The notes under the pieces are model-generated. The model was given only the letters and a program-made list of their open reading frames with translations, made no database searches and had not been told where the DNA came from. Below, one piece after another: positions 39,314 to 48,988 of a DNA stretch of 64,000 nt; within the stretch, counting starts at the first letter, position 1, and every line of letters starts with the position of its first letter. Where the stretch lies: the IMG/VR virus record IMGVR_UViG_3300044797_000098, positions 62,001 through 126,000 of that record; one strand, 5' to 3'. The translations under genes and the position numbers were made by a program.

Positions 39314-40413
39314 TATATGTGCAATACATTCTTTGCAAAATTAGCGATTAGATTCATAACATTATTCCAAAAATTAGGAGGCAATGTTGGATGAGCAGGT
39401 CGTGCCGGTGATGGCGCAACTGCATCGGGATTTGGTGCAGGATCTGTTGGATGGATAGGATCCGGCGCTGCTACGACTGTTGGCAATGATGGAACTATTA
39501 CAGGTATTGCTATTGATACCACTGCACCTTGTAAAACTGTTTTTGTTGCTGGGCCTGCAATTCCATCAACTGGAAGCCCATGTGTTGATTGAAATGCTTC
39601 AATCGCTGCTATGGTTTTTGGTCCGTTATTACCGTCTTCTATTAGTGGTGTTCCTGCGCCTCCTAATAGATTCAATGCATGCTGAACATCTACCATTGTA
39701 TTGATTGGTGTCCCTACTGGTGGAGGTGGCGTTTGCGGAGCCGTATTGACCGTAGGAACGCTCGTTCCGGTCATTCTGGGGGTTTGTACGCCCCATAGGC
39801 TGAGGTCAATTGCAAGGTCGGTATCAACATTTACACCATTTGGAAGCTTTGCTGTTCCGCCACTGTTTTGCCATAATACATATGAGTTCCAAGGCTTTGG
39901 AATCATTGGACTATTTGCTTGATATGAGGCAATCCATAATGGGTAGTCTGCAAATTGTGCAGGATTTCCTATAGTTTGCATAAAGTTTGGATATGTGTAA
40001 ATTGGGATTTTTTTACCGCTCAGTCGTTCATATTCTTGGAGATATGTCAATGTCCATTCAACAATTTGATTTGCTGAGCAGCCCCACTTTTTCCAATCAT
40101 TTTGCATCGGCCATTCCAAATCCAAGCTCGCTAACTCACCAGCAGCAGCCTTAAAATGGAGCTGTGCTTGAATCACCGGATCTCGTGTTGGCTGTGAAGA
40201 TAGCGGAGGTAATGGAAACGCAAAATTATATGCCATTGGCAACATTCCTGCGTTTTTTGTTCCTGCTATATTTTTAGTGTAATTTATGTCTGTTCCGCTA
40301 TTGCCAATGGCACATCTGCTTATAATGAACTTTGTTCCCTGTTGTGCTAAAAGATCAAATTGCACTGTGCCTTGTATAACGCTGATATCGTAGCCCTTGT
40401 AAAAATTAGTCAT
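39313..40413 (-). CDS. Endolysin: GH25 muramidase plus peptidoglycan-binding domain
   Basis: GYDISVIQG, LDLE, IYT, YPLWIASY, WQ.S, VDTD; Pro-rich linker; VQ.ALN...DG..GP.T..AI..FQ..HGL.VDGIAGP.T. Confidence 0.92.
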   Translation of the reverse strand: MTNFYKGYDISVIQGTVQFDLLAQQGTKFIISRCAIGNSGTDINYTKNIAGTKNAGMLPMAYNFAFPLPPLSSQPTRDPVIQAQLHFKAAAGELASLDLEWPMQNDWKKWGCSANQIVEWTLTYLQEYERLSGKKIPIYTYPNFMQTIGNPAQFADYPLWIASYQANSPMIPKPWNSYVLWQNSGGTAKLPNGVNVDTDLAIDLSLWGVQTPRMTGTSVPTVNTAPQTPPPPVGTPINTMVDVQHALNLLGGAGTPLIEDGNNGPKTIAAIEAFQSTHGLPVDGIAGPATKTVLQGAVVSIAIPVIVPSLPTVVAAPDPIHPTDPAPNPDAVAPSPARPAHPTLPPNFWNNVMNLIANFAKNVLHI

Positions 40414-41756
40414 TTATTACTTTCCTTTATCATTGGAATAATTTGTTCCATAACATATTTTTCTAACTTTGAACCAATATATTCTCTTCCATCGATCCAA
40501 ATTAATTTAATATTATTATCATCACATAATTGTTGTTTATAATTATCTCGTTCATGCTGATCTTTAAAATTAACTATTGCTCGTTCTAATGAAATACCAC
40601 CAAAACAAACTGGCTGGTAATGTTGCCTACCATTATATTCAATTATAGTATTTATTAATGGTAAATAAAAATCTGCTCTTAAATTTTTATCTACATTTGG
40701 AATAATTTCTTTTATTAGTTTTTCATGTTGAAACTTGATACCACTTAATTTGAGTAAATCAAATATCAATTTTGCATTTTTTCCGACCCCACACGCTGGG
40801 CACCCCTCTTCGCGATTTAATATGCCTTTTGGCTTTGCCTTCCAAATATAGCCACAATCATTTACTAAGCACTGAAAATCAATTGCCGTATGATTATTTA
40901 TATAATCTCCTAATCTTTTGACATTTCTATTTTTTAATCGTTCATCAACGTTTTGATTATTTAGTTTCAATGTGCCGGCGCATTGCGGACAACCATTGAT
41001 ATTATTAGGAATAATTTGCCAAACATATCCGCATCCGTCTATCAAACACTTAAATCTACATAAGGTCGCACCATTAATAATTTCATCCATTCTTTGGATA
41101 TTTTTACCAATTAGTCTTTCATCAACAATTTTATTGTTTAATGGAAGTTTTCCCCCACATCGCGGACAGCCTGTTTTGTTATTTAACACACCATTCGGTG
41201 ATGTCTTCCATATAAAATTGCAGCCCTGTATTAAACACTGAAAACCAATTTCAGTCATAGCATTTACACAATTATCTAGTCTTCTTATATTTCTTTCACC
41301 TAATCGTTGATCAATAATTTTATTTGTTAATGGAGCTAAGCCAGCACATTGAGGACATCCACTTTTAATATTTAAAATACTAGCGGGGGCTGCATTCCAA
41401 ATATATCCACAAGTATTTACTAAACATTCAAAATCTATTTCAGTATGATTATTTACATAATTTCCTATTCTTTTAATATTTCTATTTATTAATTTTTCAT
41501 CAATAACTTTATTATTTAATTTAGCATTACCTGAGCATTGTGGGCAGCCGTGCCCACCAAAAATATCGTCTGTCCTAGTTTTCCAAATATACATACAAGT
41601 TTCTACTAAACATTGAAAATTAATAGCAGTCCAACTATTTATATAGTTATCTAGCCTTTTGATTTTTCTATCGACTAATCTGGTATCGACAATATCATTA
41701 TTTAGCTTTTTCATTTTATTTTTAAATAACGTGTATTTATTACTTTCTTCGATCAA
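40410..41756 (-). CDS. Zinc-ribbon-repeat protein with C-terminal Vsr/DUF559-like endonuclease (homing-type)
   Basis: Five ~62-aa repeats L.N..VD.RL..RNIKR...Y.N....I.F.CL...C.YIW........GCP.C, then ADFYLP...IEYNGRQHY. Confidence 0.8.
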   Translation of the reverse strand: MIEESNKYTLFKNKMKKLNNDIVDTRLVDRKIKRLDNYINSWTAINFQCLVETCMYIWKTRTDDIFGGHGCPQCSGNAKLNNKVIDEKLINRNIKRIGNYVNNHTEIDFECLVNTCGYIWNAAPASILNIKSGCPQCAGLAPLTNKIIDQRLGERNIRRLDNCVNAMTEIGFQCLIQGCNFIWKTSPNGVLNNKTGCPRCGGKLPLNNKIVDERLIGKNIQRMDEIINGATLCRFKCLIDGCGYVWQIIPNNINGCPQCAGTLKLNNQNVDERLKNRNVKRLGDYINNHTAIDFQCLVNDCGYIWKAKPKGILNREEGCPACGVGKNAKLIFDLLKLSGIKFQHEKLIKEIIPNVDKNLRADFYLPLINTIIEYNGRQHYQPVCFGGISLERAIVNFKDQHERDNYKQQLCDDNNIKLIWIDGREYIGSKLEKYVMEQIIPMIKESNK

Positions 41757-43152
41757 CTACGTTTCCGCCAACGAACTTTCCAAATGTACTAGTTTTATTA
41801 GCAATTTTATCTTTGATTTTTTGTGCATCACTTATTGTTGTATTTTTCCCAGTATTTAGGGCTACGTTTAAATTACGTGCAGTTTCTTTTTCTTTAACAA
41901 CACTTGATAGATTTTTTATTTCTTCTGTTAGTTGTGTGGTGCGTTCTGCTGGAATACCGAGCCCCGAGAAAAATGAATAAATCTTAACAACATTTCGTGG
42001 TTCATCTATTTCATATATTCCTCGAAATATTTCAGGAGTTCCACACTGTTCTGTCAATAGCGCATTAGCATAATTGATTGCAACGGCTGGAATATCTTTC
42101 CAGCATGTCTTATTTGCTGCTACAATAAATCCAACATATTTACTCTCCTTGATATTAAATCCACTCGCAAGTAAATTATTATTCATATTTGAAATTATAG
42201 CTTCTGCAATCGAAGTCTCGGAACTATAATCTTCTATCTCCATTGAACCATATGTAGAATAACCTGATGAATCGATTAGAATTTTAAGCCATTCCATACT
42301 ATCTAAACTTTTAATCGATGATGGTGATGATGATAGGATATTGAACATATCCAGTGGTTCAACTATCGCTTTATTTGCAACCGAATAAAAATCCATTTGG
42401 CCCACATTAGAATAAATTGCCTCTATTCTTGCATTATCCACTAAAATAATATTAGCAACCTTTTTATTTTGTAAGTCTTTTGATAGAACCGCTAATGTTT
42501 CCATGGCATTAGATTTTGCCTTAAGATCCTCTGAATGCATTGGCAATATGCCAATAATTATAATTGGTTTTCCTAATTCATTTAATATATTTACTAATAC
42601 CTCACAACTACCAGCTCCGCTTCCACCGCCCAATGATGAGCATAACACAAATACTTGCGCATCGCCTAACTGCTTGCTAACCATTTCCTTGATAGCATCA
42701 GCATTAGCTTCCGCTGCATCTCTACCAATACTTAGTGTTCGTGCAGCGCCACCGATAGTATTGTACTCCAATAATAATTTATTACTTTCAGGAACATCTA
42801 TATACTTAAGATCATTCTGCGTCGTATTTAATACAACGCAATCATAGTTAAATTCACGAAACTGCTGGGCTAATTTACTTCCCGCTTGTCCTGATCCAAT
42901 TATTCCAAAATTAATTGATCGTTCCTTTTTTACTGGCTTTACACTCATTGTTTCCTCTTGTTTAACTATATCAATATCTTTCGTTTTTTCTGCTAATTTT
43001 GCTTTTAATTTTGCGAGTTTTTCTTGATCGATATCCATTGCTGGCTGTTCGTTTGTTATGTCATCCACAATGGTTTCTTCTACTAAGTTTAGTTTTGTAG
43101 TCTGAGCGCTCATTTTAGTTTTTCCCTTTTCATTTACGAATCCACTGCCCAT
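41740..43152 (-). CDS. Tubulin/FtsZ-family GTPase (PhuZ/TubZ-like)
   Basis: GSGQAG, NT...D, GGAA, signature GGGSGAG, LP...E, VDN, T7 loop LDSME. Confidence 0.88.
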   Translation of the reverse strand: MGSGFVNEKGKTKMSAQTTKLNLVEETIVDDITNEQPAMDIDQEKLAKLKAKLAEKTKDIDIVKQEETMSVKPVKKERSINFGIIGSGQAGSKLAQQFREFNYDCVVLNTTQNDLKYIDVPESNKLLLEYNTIGGAARTLSIGRDAAEANADAIKEMVSKQLGDAQVFVLCSSLGGGSGAGSCEVLVNILNELGKPIIIIGILPMHSEDLKAKSNAMETLAVLSKDLQNKKVANIILVDNARIEAIYSNVGQMDFYSVANKAIVEPLDMFNILSSSPSSIKSLDSMEWLKILIDSSGYSTYGSMEIEDYSSETSIAEAIISNMNNNLLASGFNIKESKYVGFIVAANKTCWKDIPAVAINYANALLTEQCGTPEIFRGIYEIDEPRNVVKIYSFFSGLGIPAERTTQLTEEIKNLSSVVKEKETARNLNVALNTGKNTTISDAQKIKDKIANKTSTFGKFVGGNVVDRRK

Positions 43153-43196
43153 AATTTAATCCTATCTTGGTTTACGACAATATTGTAAAATTATTT

Positions 43197-45284
43197 TTAT
43201 TTTAGAAACCACGGATTTTTTTGATACCAATTAACCGTAGTGGCGATGCCATCTTTAAATTTTATCTTTGATTTCCAATTTAATTCATTTTTGATTTTAT
43301 CGCAATTTACCGAATAACGAAAGTCATGCCCATTGCCACGAGGATCTGTAATATGTTCCACAAGATTATGACCGCCACCCATGGCATTGCATACTTCTTG
43401 CACAACCTCTATATTGGAGTATTCTTGATTTGATGATATATTATATATTGTATTTACTTTATCAGATCCTAATATGGATAGCAACGCATCACAATTATCA
43501 TCAACAAATGTCCATTCACGAAGAAACGAGCCATTGCCATACACTGGTATCTTTTGATTATTCATAATTGATTTTATTATTACTGGAATAAGTTTCTCTG
43601 ATTGTCTCGGGCCATAATTATTTGACGCGCGAGTAATTACATATGGAAGTCCGAATGAGTTATTCGCTGCTTTGATTATTAACTCACCTGACGCTTTTGA
43701 GGCACTGTATGGATTTTTAGGATCTAATGGCGCCTCTTCTGTCCAAGGAAGGTCATTGGGTGATTTCAACGCGCCCATAACTTCGTCAGTATTTCCTGAA
43801 AAAGCAATCTTGCCATTTCTTTCTATTAAAAAGTTTTTATTATCAGCAACTGTTAAGCACCATATTTTTCCCTTATACTGTTGTCTTGTTGGTTTTGGAA
43901 GTAATATTAAACGTTGATTGGCAAATCCAACGTCATTGGCATCACCTGCAATTTTTCTTCCATTTATAAATGATTCGCAATGCCTTCTACCAACGTTAGG
44001 CTGGCATCCCAGCATCGCTCCCAAATAACATAATTGTGCTGTTAATTTTTCTGAAACCGTTGTTATTTGTGGAACACGTCCTTTAATACCAAATCCATGT
44101 CCATCGGAATCATGTATACCTCGCCATAATAATTTTAATAAATCTGTTCCGTGATTAAACATCCATTCTGGAATATGTTTATTTTTAGCGTACTTACCAA
44201 AGTTATCAAAAAACTCCATCCATTCTTTTGATCCAAAATATACGTGTTCGCCAGATTTTCCTTTTTGCAGACTATATTTTATATTAAGTGTAGTTAATGC
44301 TATCTCTAATGATTTTCTGGCTTTATCATTTTCTGGAACATCGAAAAATATTCTATATGAACGACTTAATGTCGTTTCTTGCGAACCACGTTTTTCTGGT
44401 TTTAAAAATCTACCAGTTTTTGGATCTCTACCTAATTTCAATCTTTCTTGATATGAAAGACCGCTTTTATTATGTGTTATCTTTTCTTGATATGCAGTAA
44501 ATCCATCTCCAATATATACTCCGCATAAATAAAATAATGCTCTTGCATCTACCATTCCTATGTTTGGAACATTTATTTGTTCTGCTGATATTTTATTTAT
44601 CTCACCTCTCGGTAAATAATTTTTTTCTTCGGAAATCTCTAATTCTTCCGCAGTATACCATTGTAATTTACAAATTTCATTTGTGGGGTGATCTGCACAT
44701 ATAAATCTATGATTAGGTGTAACAACTAAATCTGTCCTTTTACTATCAAAATGCATCATATCACCATCATAATCCTGAACTATTATTTTTTTAATTGGCT
44801 TCTCTTCCACACTACCGGTATCAGGATTAATTGTTAAAACTAATTCATTTTCTTTTAATTCTTGCCAGGTTTTAAATCCGTTTTTTGTTACTGCTCTTGT
44901 TTGCTCATCATAACAAGATGTATATACTAATTTCTTAACTCCCCATTTCACACAAGCATTCACAATAACTTGTGTCCCGAGAACATTAGAACGAATGAAC
45001 TCATTAGGATTTTTTAATGAGTCATCAACGAAGCTACAAGCAGCAGCGTGCAAAACAATTTCTGGTTTCACATACTCAAAAATCCTATTTATAATATGTT
45101 CATCGCATATATCTGCAAGATAGAATGAGTGGCTTTTGTGTTCGTAGATATTATTTAATAATGATGATTTAGATATTCTATCGATAGATACTATATCATA
45201 TGGAACTTTATCGTAAATTGCTTTACGAATAAAATTAGACATTATAAATCCACAGGAGCCTGTAATTAGTAATTTCTGTTTCAT
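43197..45284 (-). CDS. rmlB: dTDP-glucose 4,6-dehydratase containing an intein
   Basis: ITGSCGFI, H.AA.S.VD.S, S|TDEV split by the intein, PYSASKA, SNNYGP.Q.EKLIP, REW..V.D, GHD.RY. Exteins total 320 aa. Confidence 0.9.
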   Translation of the reverse strand: MKQKLLITGSCGFIMSNFIRKAIYDKVPYDIVSIDRISKSSLLNNIYEHKSHSFYLADICDEHIINRIFEYVKPEIVLHAAACSFVDDSLKNPNEFIRSNVLGTQVIVNACVKWGVKKLVYTSCYDEQTRAVTKNGFKTWQELKENELVLTINPDTGSVEEKPIKKIIVQDYDGDMMHFDSKRTDLVVTPNHRFICADHPTNEICKLQWYTAEELEISEEKNYLPRGEINKISAEQINVPNIGMVDARALFYLCGVYIGDGFTAYQEKITHNKSGLSYQERLKLGRDPKTGRFLKPEKRGSQETTLSRSYRIFFDVPENDKARKSLEIALTTLNIKYSLQKGKSGEHVYFGSKEWMEFFDNFGKYAKNKHIPEWMFNHGTDLLKLLWRGIHDSDGHGFGIKGRVPQITTVSEKLTAQLCYLGAMLGCQPNVGRRHCESFINGRKIAGDANDVGFANQRLILLPKPTRQQYKGKIWCLTVADNKNFLIERNGKIAFSGNTDEVMGALKSPNDLPWTEEAPLDPKNPYSASKASGELIIKAANNSFGLPYVITRASNNYGPRQSEKLIPVIIKSIMNNQKIPVYGNGSFLREWTFVDDNCDALLSILGSDKVNTIYNISSNQEYSNIEVVQEVCNAMGGGHNLVEHITDPRGNGHDFRYSVNCDKIKNELNWKSKIKFKDGIATTVNWYQKNPWFLK
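43791..44915 (-). mobile_element. 375-aa intein with LAGLIDADG homing endonuclease
   Basis: Starts CYDEQT, block B VTPNHRF, LAGLIDADG-like YLCGVYIGDG and LWRGIHDSDG, block F IWCLTV..NKNF, ends SGN followed by +1 Thr. Confidence 0.92.
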
Positions 45285-46120
45285 TTTTTACTCTTGTATA
45301 GATTATAGTTTGGATTACTTGTATATAATTGATGATCTTCCTTTATTACATTACCCCATTTTTTGCGGAATAGATTTACATTATGTTGCATAAATAGACG
45401 ATTTGTTTTTGTTGTTTTTAACGTTGCGGATTCTTCGTGAAAGATATTTGTTTCACCGCAATATACAACTTTTTTATTCATATTAAATTTGATAGATAGA
45501 TTCATATCAATATCGTCGAACGCCCAAATAAATTGCTCGTCAAATCCGTTTAATCCGCTCTTGTTCGTTTTACAAGTATTCTCAAATAATCCGGCACGAA
45601 TTAATAATACTGCTCCTGTGCAAGCGTTGAACTCACGATTCTTTCGTGCATTCGCATCTTCCATCTCACCTAACCTATAATGCCAAGGAAGCATGTCTTT
45701 ATTACGATCCCATTCTATCCCAGCGTGTTGCAATTTTCTTGTATCGGTATAATTTAGTTTTGCGCCAACAACACCGACATCATCATCGTTATCCATAATT
45801 TTCATCATATTTTTGATTGACGCAGTATCGTTGAAAACTATATCATTATTCAATAATAATATGTAATCACTTTCTTTTGGTGATGCTTCCTTGAATAAAA
45901 CATTACATCCTTGTGCGAAGTTTTGTAAATTATCCTTCCATTGTATTGGAACTATATTAGGATTATTCAATCCATTTAGATATTCTATCGAACCATCATT
46001 AGAACCATTTTCTTTTACTAACCATTTGTAATCAATGTTATTTAGTGATTTGATTAGTGTTGGAGCAAGTTTTTCTAATTTAGATTTACCGTTCCAAGTA
46101 AGCGTCAATATATATAACAT
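45281..46120 (-). CDS. Family 2 glycosyltransferase
   Basis: ENGSNDG, NFA.G.N, LLNND, VGAKL, TGA.LL, GFDE....DD.D, H.ES.T. Confidence 0.9.
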   Translation of the reverse strand: MLYILTLTWNGKSKLEKLAPTLIKSLNNIDYKWLVKENGSNDGSIEYLNGLNNPNIVPIQWKDNLQNFAQGCNVLFKEASPKESDYILLLNNDIVFNDTASIKNMMKIMDNDDDVGVVGAKLNYTDTRKLQHAGIEWDRNKDMLPWHYRLGEMEDANARKNREFNACTGAVLLIRAGLFENTCKTNKSGLNGFDEQFIWAFDDIDMNLSIKFNMNKKVVYCGETNIFHEESATLKTTKTNRLFMQHNVNLFRKKWGNVIKEDHQLYTSNPNYNLYKSKK

Positions 46121-47134
46121 TTAGAACCCTACGCTAATATTAGCCCCACCAAATATATGACCACCTGTATCCATTTGAAATGATGGGCCAATATATGTAT
46201 TATCCACGATGCCTTTTGGCAATAGACCACCGATATTAAATGATATTGGATTCAATATTCCTGCTACTTTTTTAGTTCCAGTTTCATAACCAACTCCTAA
46301 TTGCAGGATTGATATGGCTGGCGATACTTTTGTTGTACCATAACTCATTATACCTAATGTTAGACCGGCGTTAGCTGAACCACCAAATTTAGTAAAATCT
46401 ACGGCAGCTCCACCAGTACCAAAAAGACGAGGATTCCAAAATGAGAACGATGGCGCAGGATATGTTTCCTCGAACTTTCCAGTACTAACATTTATGGGAA
46501 CCGTTTTACCGTTTGATGTGATTTGCATTGTATTATACATAACGTGTTTGCCATCTGCCGTTGTTCCAAGCACACTATTCACCGAATATGTTCGTGGATA
46601 GATATCCTCGCTCCACGGAGTTTTACTTGATGCATCGAATGAAACATTACCTACGGGTACTGTTGTTCCTGTAAATTGTTCATTCAACTCCAAGTGCTGA
46701 ACATTGCTTGTATAACCATATGGATCGGCATTAGGGCAAGGGATTTGTTTTCCATTACAATCTACCGTTGGTACCGTTGATGGATGAGTATCAGGCGTTG
46801 TGCTTGTAGAACCAACGTTTGTTGCTACTGTACCGCCACTATTGACTGATACGTGATTGATACCAGTAATTTGAGCGCCAAGCGTGCTCAAATCTTTGCT
46901 AATTGTATTGAGATTTATGTCATTTTGTTTTGCAAAATTATTCAAATCGTCTTTTGACACATATGACGATTGAGATCGAACAATCTGATCTGCTAATTGT
47001 TTTTGTGTAATTACGGATTGATTTATTGCAGTTTGCATATTATGCATTTCTATCTGTTGGTAAATAATAAATCCAACTGCTCCAAATACAACTACGCCAG
47101 CAACTATTAAAATTATCTTTGTTATTAAATTCAT
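46121..47134 (-). CDS. Membrane-anchored protein with beta-strand C-terminus
   Basis: N-terminal TM helix, short coiled coil, amphipathic Gly-rich beta strands ending GANISVGF. Confidence 0.6.
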   Translation of the reverse strand: MNLITKIILIVAGVVVFGAVGFIIYQQIEMHNMQTAINQSVITQKQLADQIVRSQSSYVSKDDLNNFAKQNDINLNTISKDLSTLGAQITGINHVSVNSGGTVATNVGSTSTTPDTHPSTVPTVDCNGKQIPCPNADPYGYTSNVQHLELNEQFTGTTVPVGNVSFDASSKTPWSEDIYPRTYSVNSVLGTTADGKHVMYNTMQITSNGKTVPINVSTGKFEETYPAPSFSFWNPRLFGTGGAAVDFTKFGGSANAGLTLGIMSYGTTKVSPAISILQLGVGYETGTKKVAGILNPISFNIGGLLPKGIVDNTYIGPSFQMDTGGHIFGGANISVGF

Positions 47135-47172
47135 TTTACTTCCTTTGCACTCAATTTAGTGATGAAAACAAT

Positions 47173-47838
47173 TTACGCACCCCAGTCTTTAAGAAATACT
47201 TTTCTACCATCATTGTATAATTTATTTATATTTGCTGGGTTAGTGGATTTTTGTCTATAATGTATAACGGGCACTGATACCACCTTAAATGGTATCCCGA
47301 GTTTTCTTGCACGGAAACTTAAATCGCCATCATTGAAATAAAAATACTTTTCATTCCATATCTGTCCATCACCAAGATCTAATTTGTTCCAGTTTTCTTT
47401 TGATGATGCAACACACCAACCTGACATATATGAATTACCATCTAGATATGTATTTGCTTCACGAATAAAATTAAATTTATCATCTAACTGACCCATTGTT
47501 GGCCCAACGATAGCATCACAGTTTTCTATAATATCATTAGTCCAATTATCATAATTATCATTTACTTTAATATCATTGTTGAGAAATAATACATTATTTG
47601 CCCTTGATGCTCTATAACCTATATTGCATCCTTTGGAATGCAAATAATTTTCATTATTTCTAATATAGACAAATCTTGGATCTGTTATTTTTTCTAATTC
47701 TTTTTGTGTATCATCTGTTGATGCATTATCTACAATAATTATTTCATTATTATTGGATAGTTTAAATAGATCATTGACACAAGATTTTGTAAATGACCAT
47801 TTATTATACACTGGTATTATGATACTTAAATCATACAT
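47173..47838 (-). CDS. Family 2 glycosyltransferase
   Basis: SIIIPVYN, VDNASTD, FLNND, YF.D.DL..RA. Confidence 0.9.
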   Translation of the reverse strand: MYDLSIIIPVYNKWSFTKSCVNDLFKLSNNNEIIIVDNASTDDTQKELEKITDPRFVYIRNNENYLHSKGCNIGYRASRANNVLFLNNDIKVNDNYDNWTNDIIENCDAIVGPTMGQLDDKFNFIREANTYLDGNSYMSGWCVASSKENWNKLDLGDGQIWNEKYFYFNDGDLSFRARKLGIPFKVVSVPVIHYRQKSTNPANINKLYNDGRKVFLKDWGA

Positions 47839-48959
47839 TATACCGCCAAATCTAATATTCTTTTCGTTATTGTCATCCAGTTGTAATTTTTTTCAGTTTC
47901 CTCTATGTTGGCTTTATATTTTTTTAATAACTCATTCTTGTTGGAAACGGCATATTTTAATTTAACTACACCATCATCTAAATCTGGCTTGAATGCTTTT
48001 GTACCCTTGCTTTGCCAATACAAATAATTACCGGGAACCAAAAACTCTTTGCCATCAATTAATATAGAATTATCATCATTTAAAAAATCTAAAAATCCAC
48101 CGTATCTTGGTGCAATGTTAATTAACCCTAACGCGTTGGCTTCTAATGCACACATACCAAAACCTTCCGTATTACTTGCAGTAAATACGATATCACAAGA
48201 TTTATATAATGAATATATATTTGGTATATATTCTCTTATTATTTCTACTTCTGCGTGATTTTTATACTTAAACTCAAAATCACCAAATATATCTCTAAAT
48301 GATAGCTCAAATGGTTGAGTTGGATTTTTCTCTTTTACTTTTAATATTAAACACACATCGTCTGATTTATTAAATGCTTTTCCATAAATATCTAAAAGAC
48401 CACCTATATTTTTCCTTCGATGTATTTGACCTAATGGCTGAACGAGTATTTTATTTGTTTTCTTTGTTTTTAATTTGAACGGCATGGCTGATTTGATCTG
48501 ATCAAAATCAACACCATGTGGGATTACCGTCATAGCATTTTCTGGTATGCCAGAATCTAAAAAGATTTGTTTTGCAAAATTAGATGGTGGAAGCAATTTA
48601 TCTGCGAACTTGTAAGATTTTGCAAAACCATCTGGGATGGAGTTTTTACCAGCGAACTCATAACACCATATTCCAAATCTATTTTTATTAGAATGTGAAA
48701 GATATACTTGCATATTTTTTAATGCTGTATATGAAATTGACATATCATAATTATTATCTGGTAATTTACCAAATATTAACTTATTTTCTTCTGATGCACC
48801 TATTAAGTATTTTCTTAAATTTTCTGGTATATTTTTTTCACCATCGGTTGAGAATAAGTTAACATTATGACCTTGTGATATTAAGGCGGTTGCTATTCCA
48901 CGACCAACATGTGCCCAAGAATGATTAGCATTTAAAAATTGACGCATTATTATACGCAT
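47838..48959 (-). CDS. Family 4 glycosyltransferase (GT-B)
   Basis: PS.F, VIPHGVD, RKN, EGFGM..LEA. Confidence 0.9.
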   Translation of the reverse strand: MRIIMRQFLNANHSWAHVGRGIATALISQGHNVNLFSTDGEKNIPENLRKYLIGASEENKLIFGKLPDNNYDMSISYTALKNMQVYLSHSNKNRFGIWCYEFAGKNSIPDGFAKSYKFADKLLPPSNFAKQIFLDSGIPENAMTVIPHGVDFDQIKSAMPFKLKTKKTNKILVQPLGQIHRRKNIGGLLDIYGKAFNKSDDVCLILKVKEKNPTQPFELSFRDIFGDFEFKYKNHAEVEIIREYIPNIYSLYKSCDIVFTASNTEGFGMCALEANALGLINIAPRYGGFLDFLNDDNSILIDGKEFLVPGNYLYWQSKGTKAFKPDLDDGVVKLKYAVSNKNELLKKYKANIEETEKNYNWMTITKRILDLAV

Positions 48960-48988
48960 ACTTATGCTATATCACGTGATATATTTTT

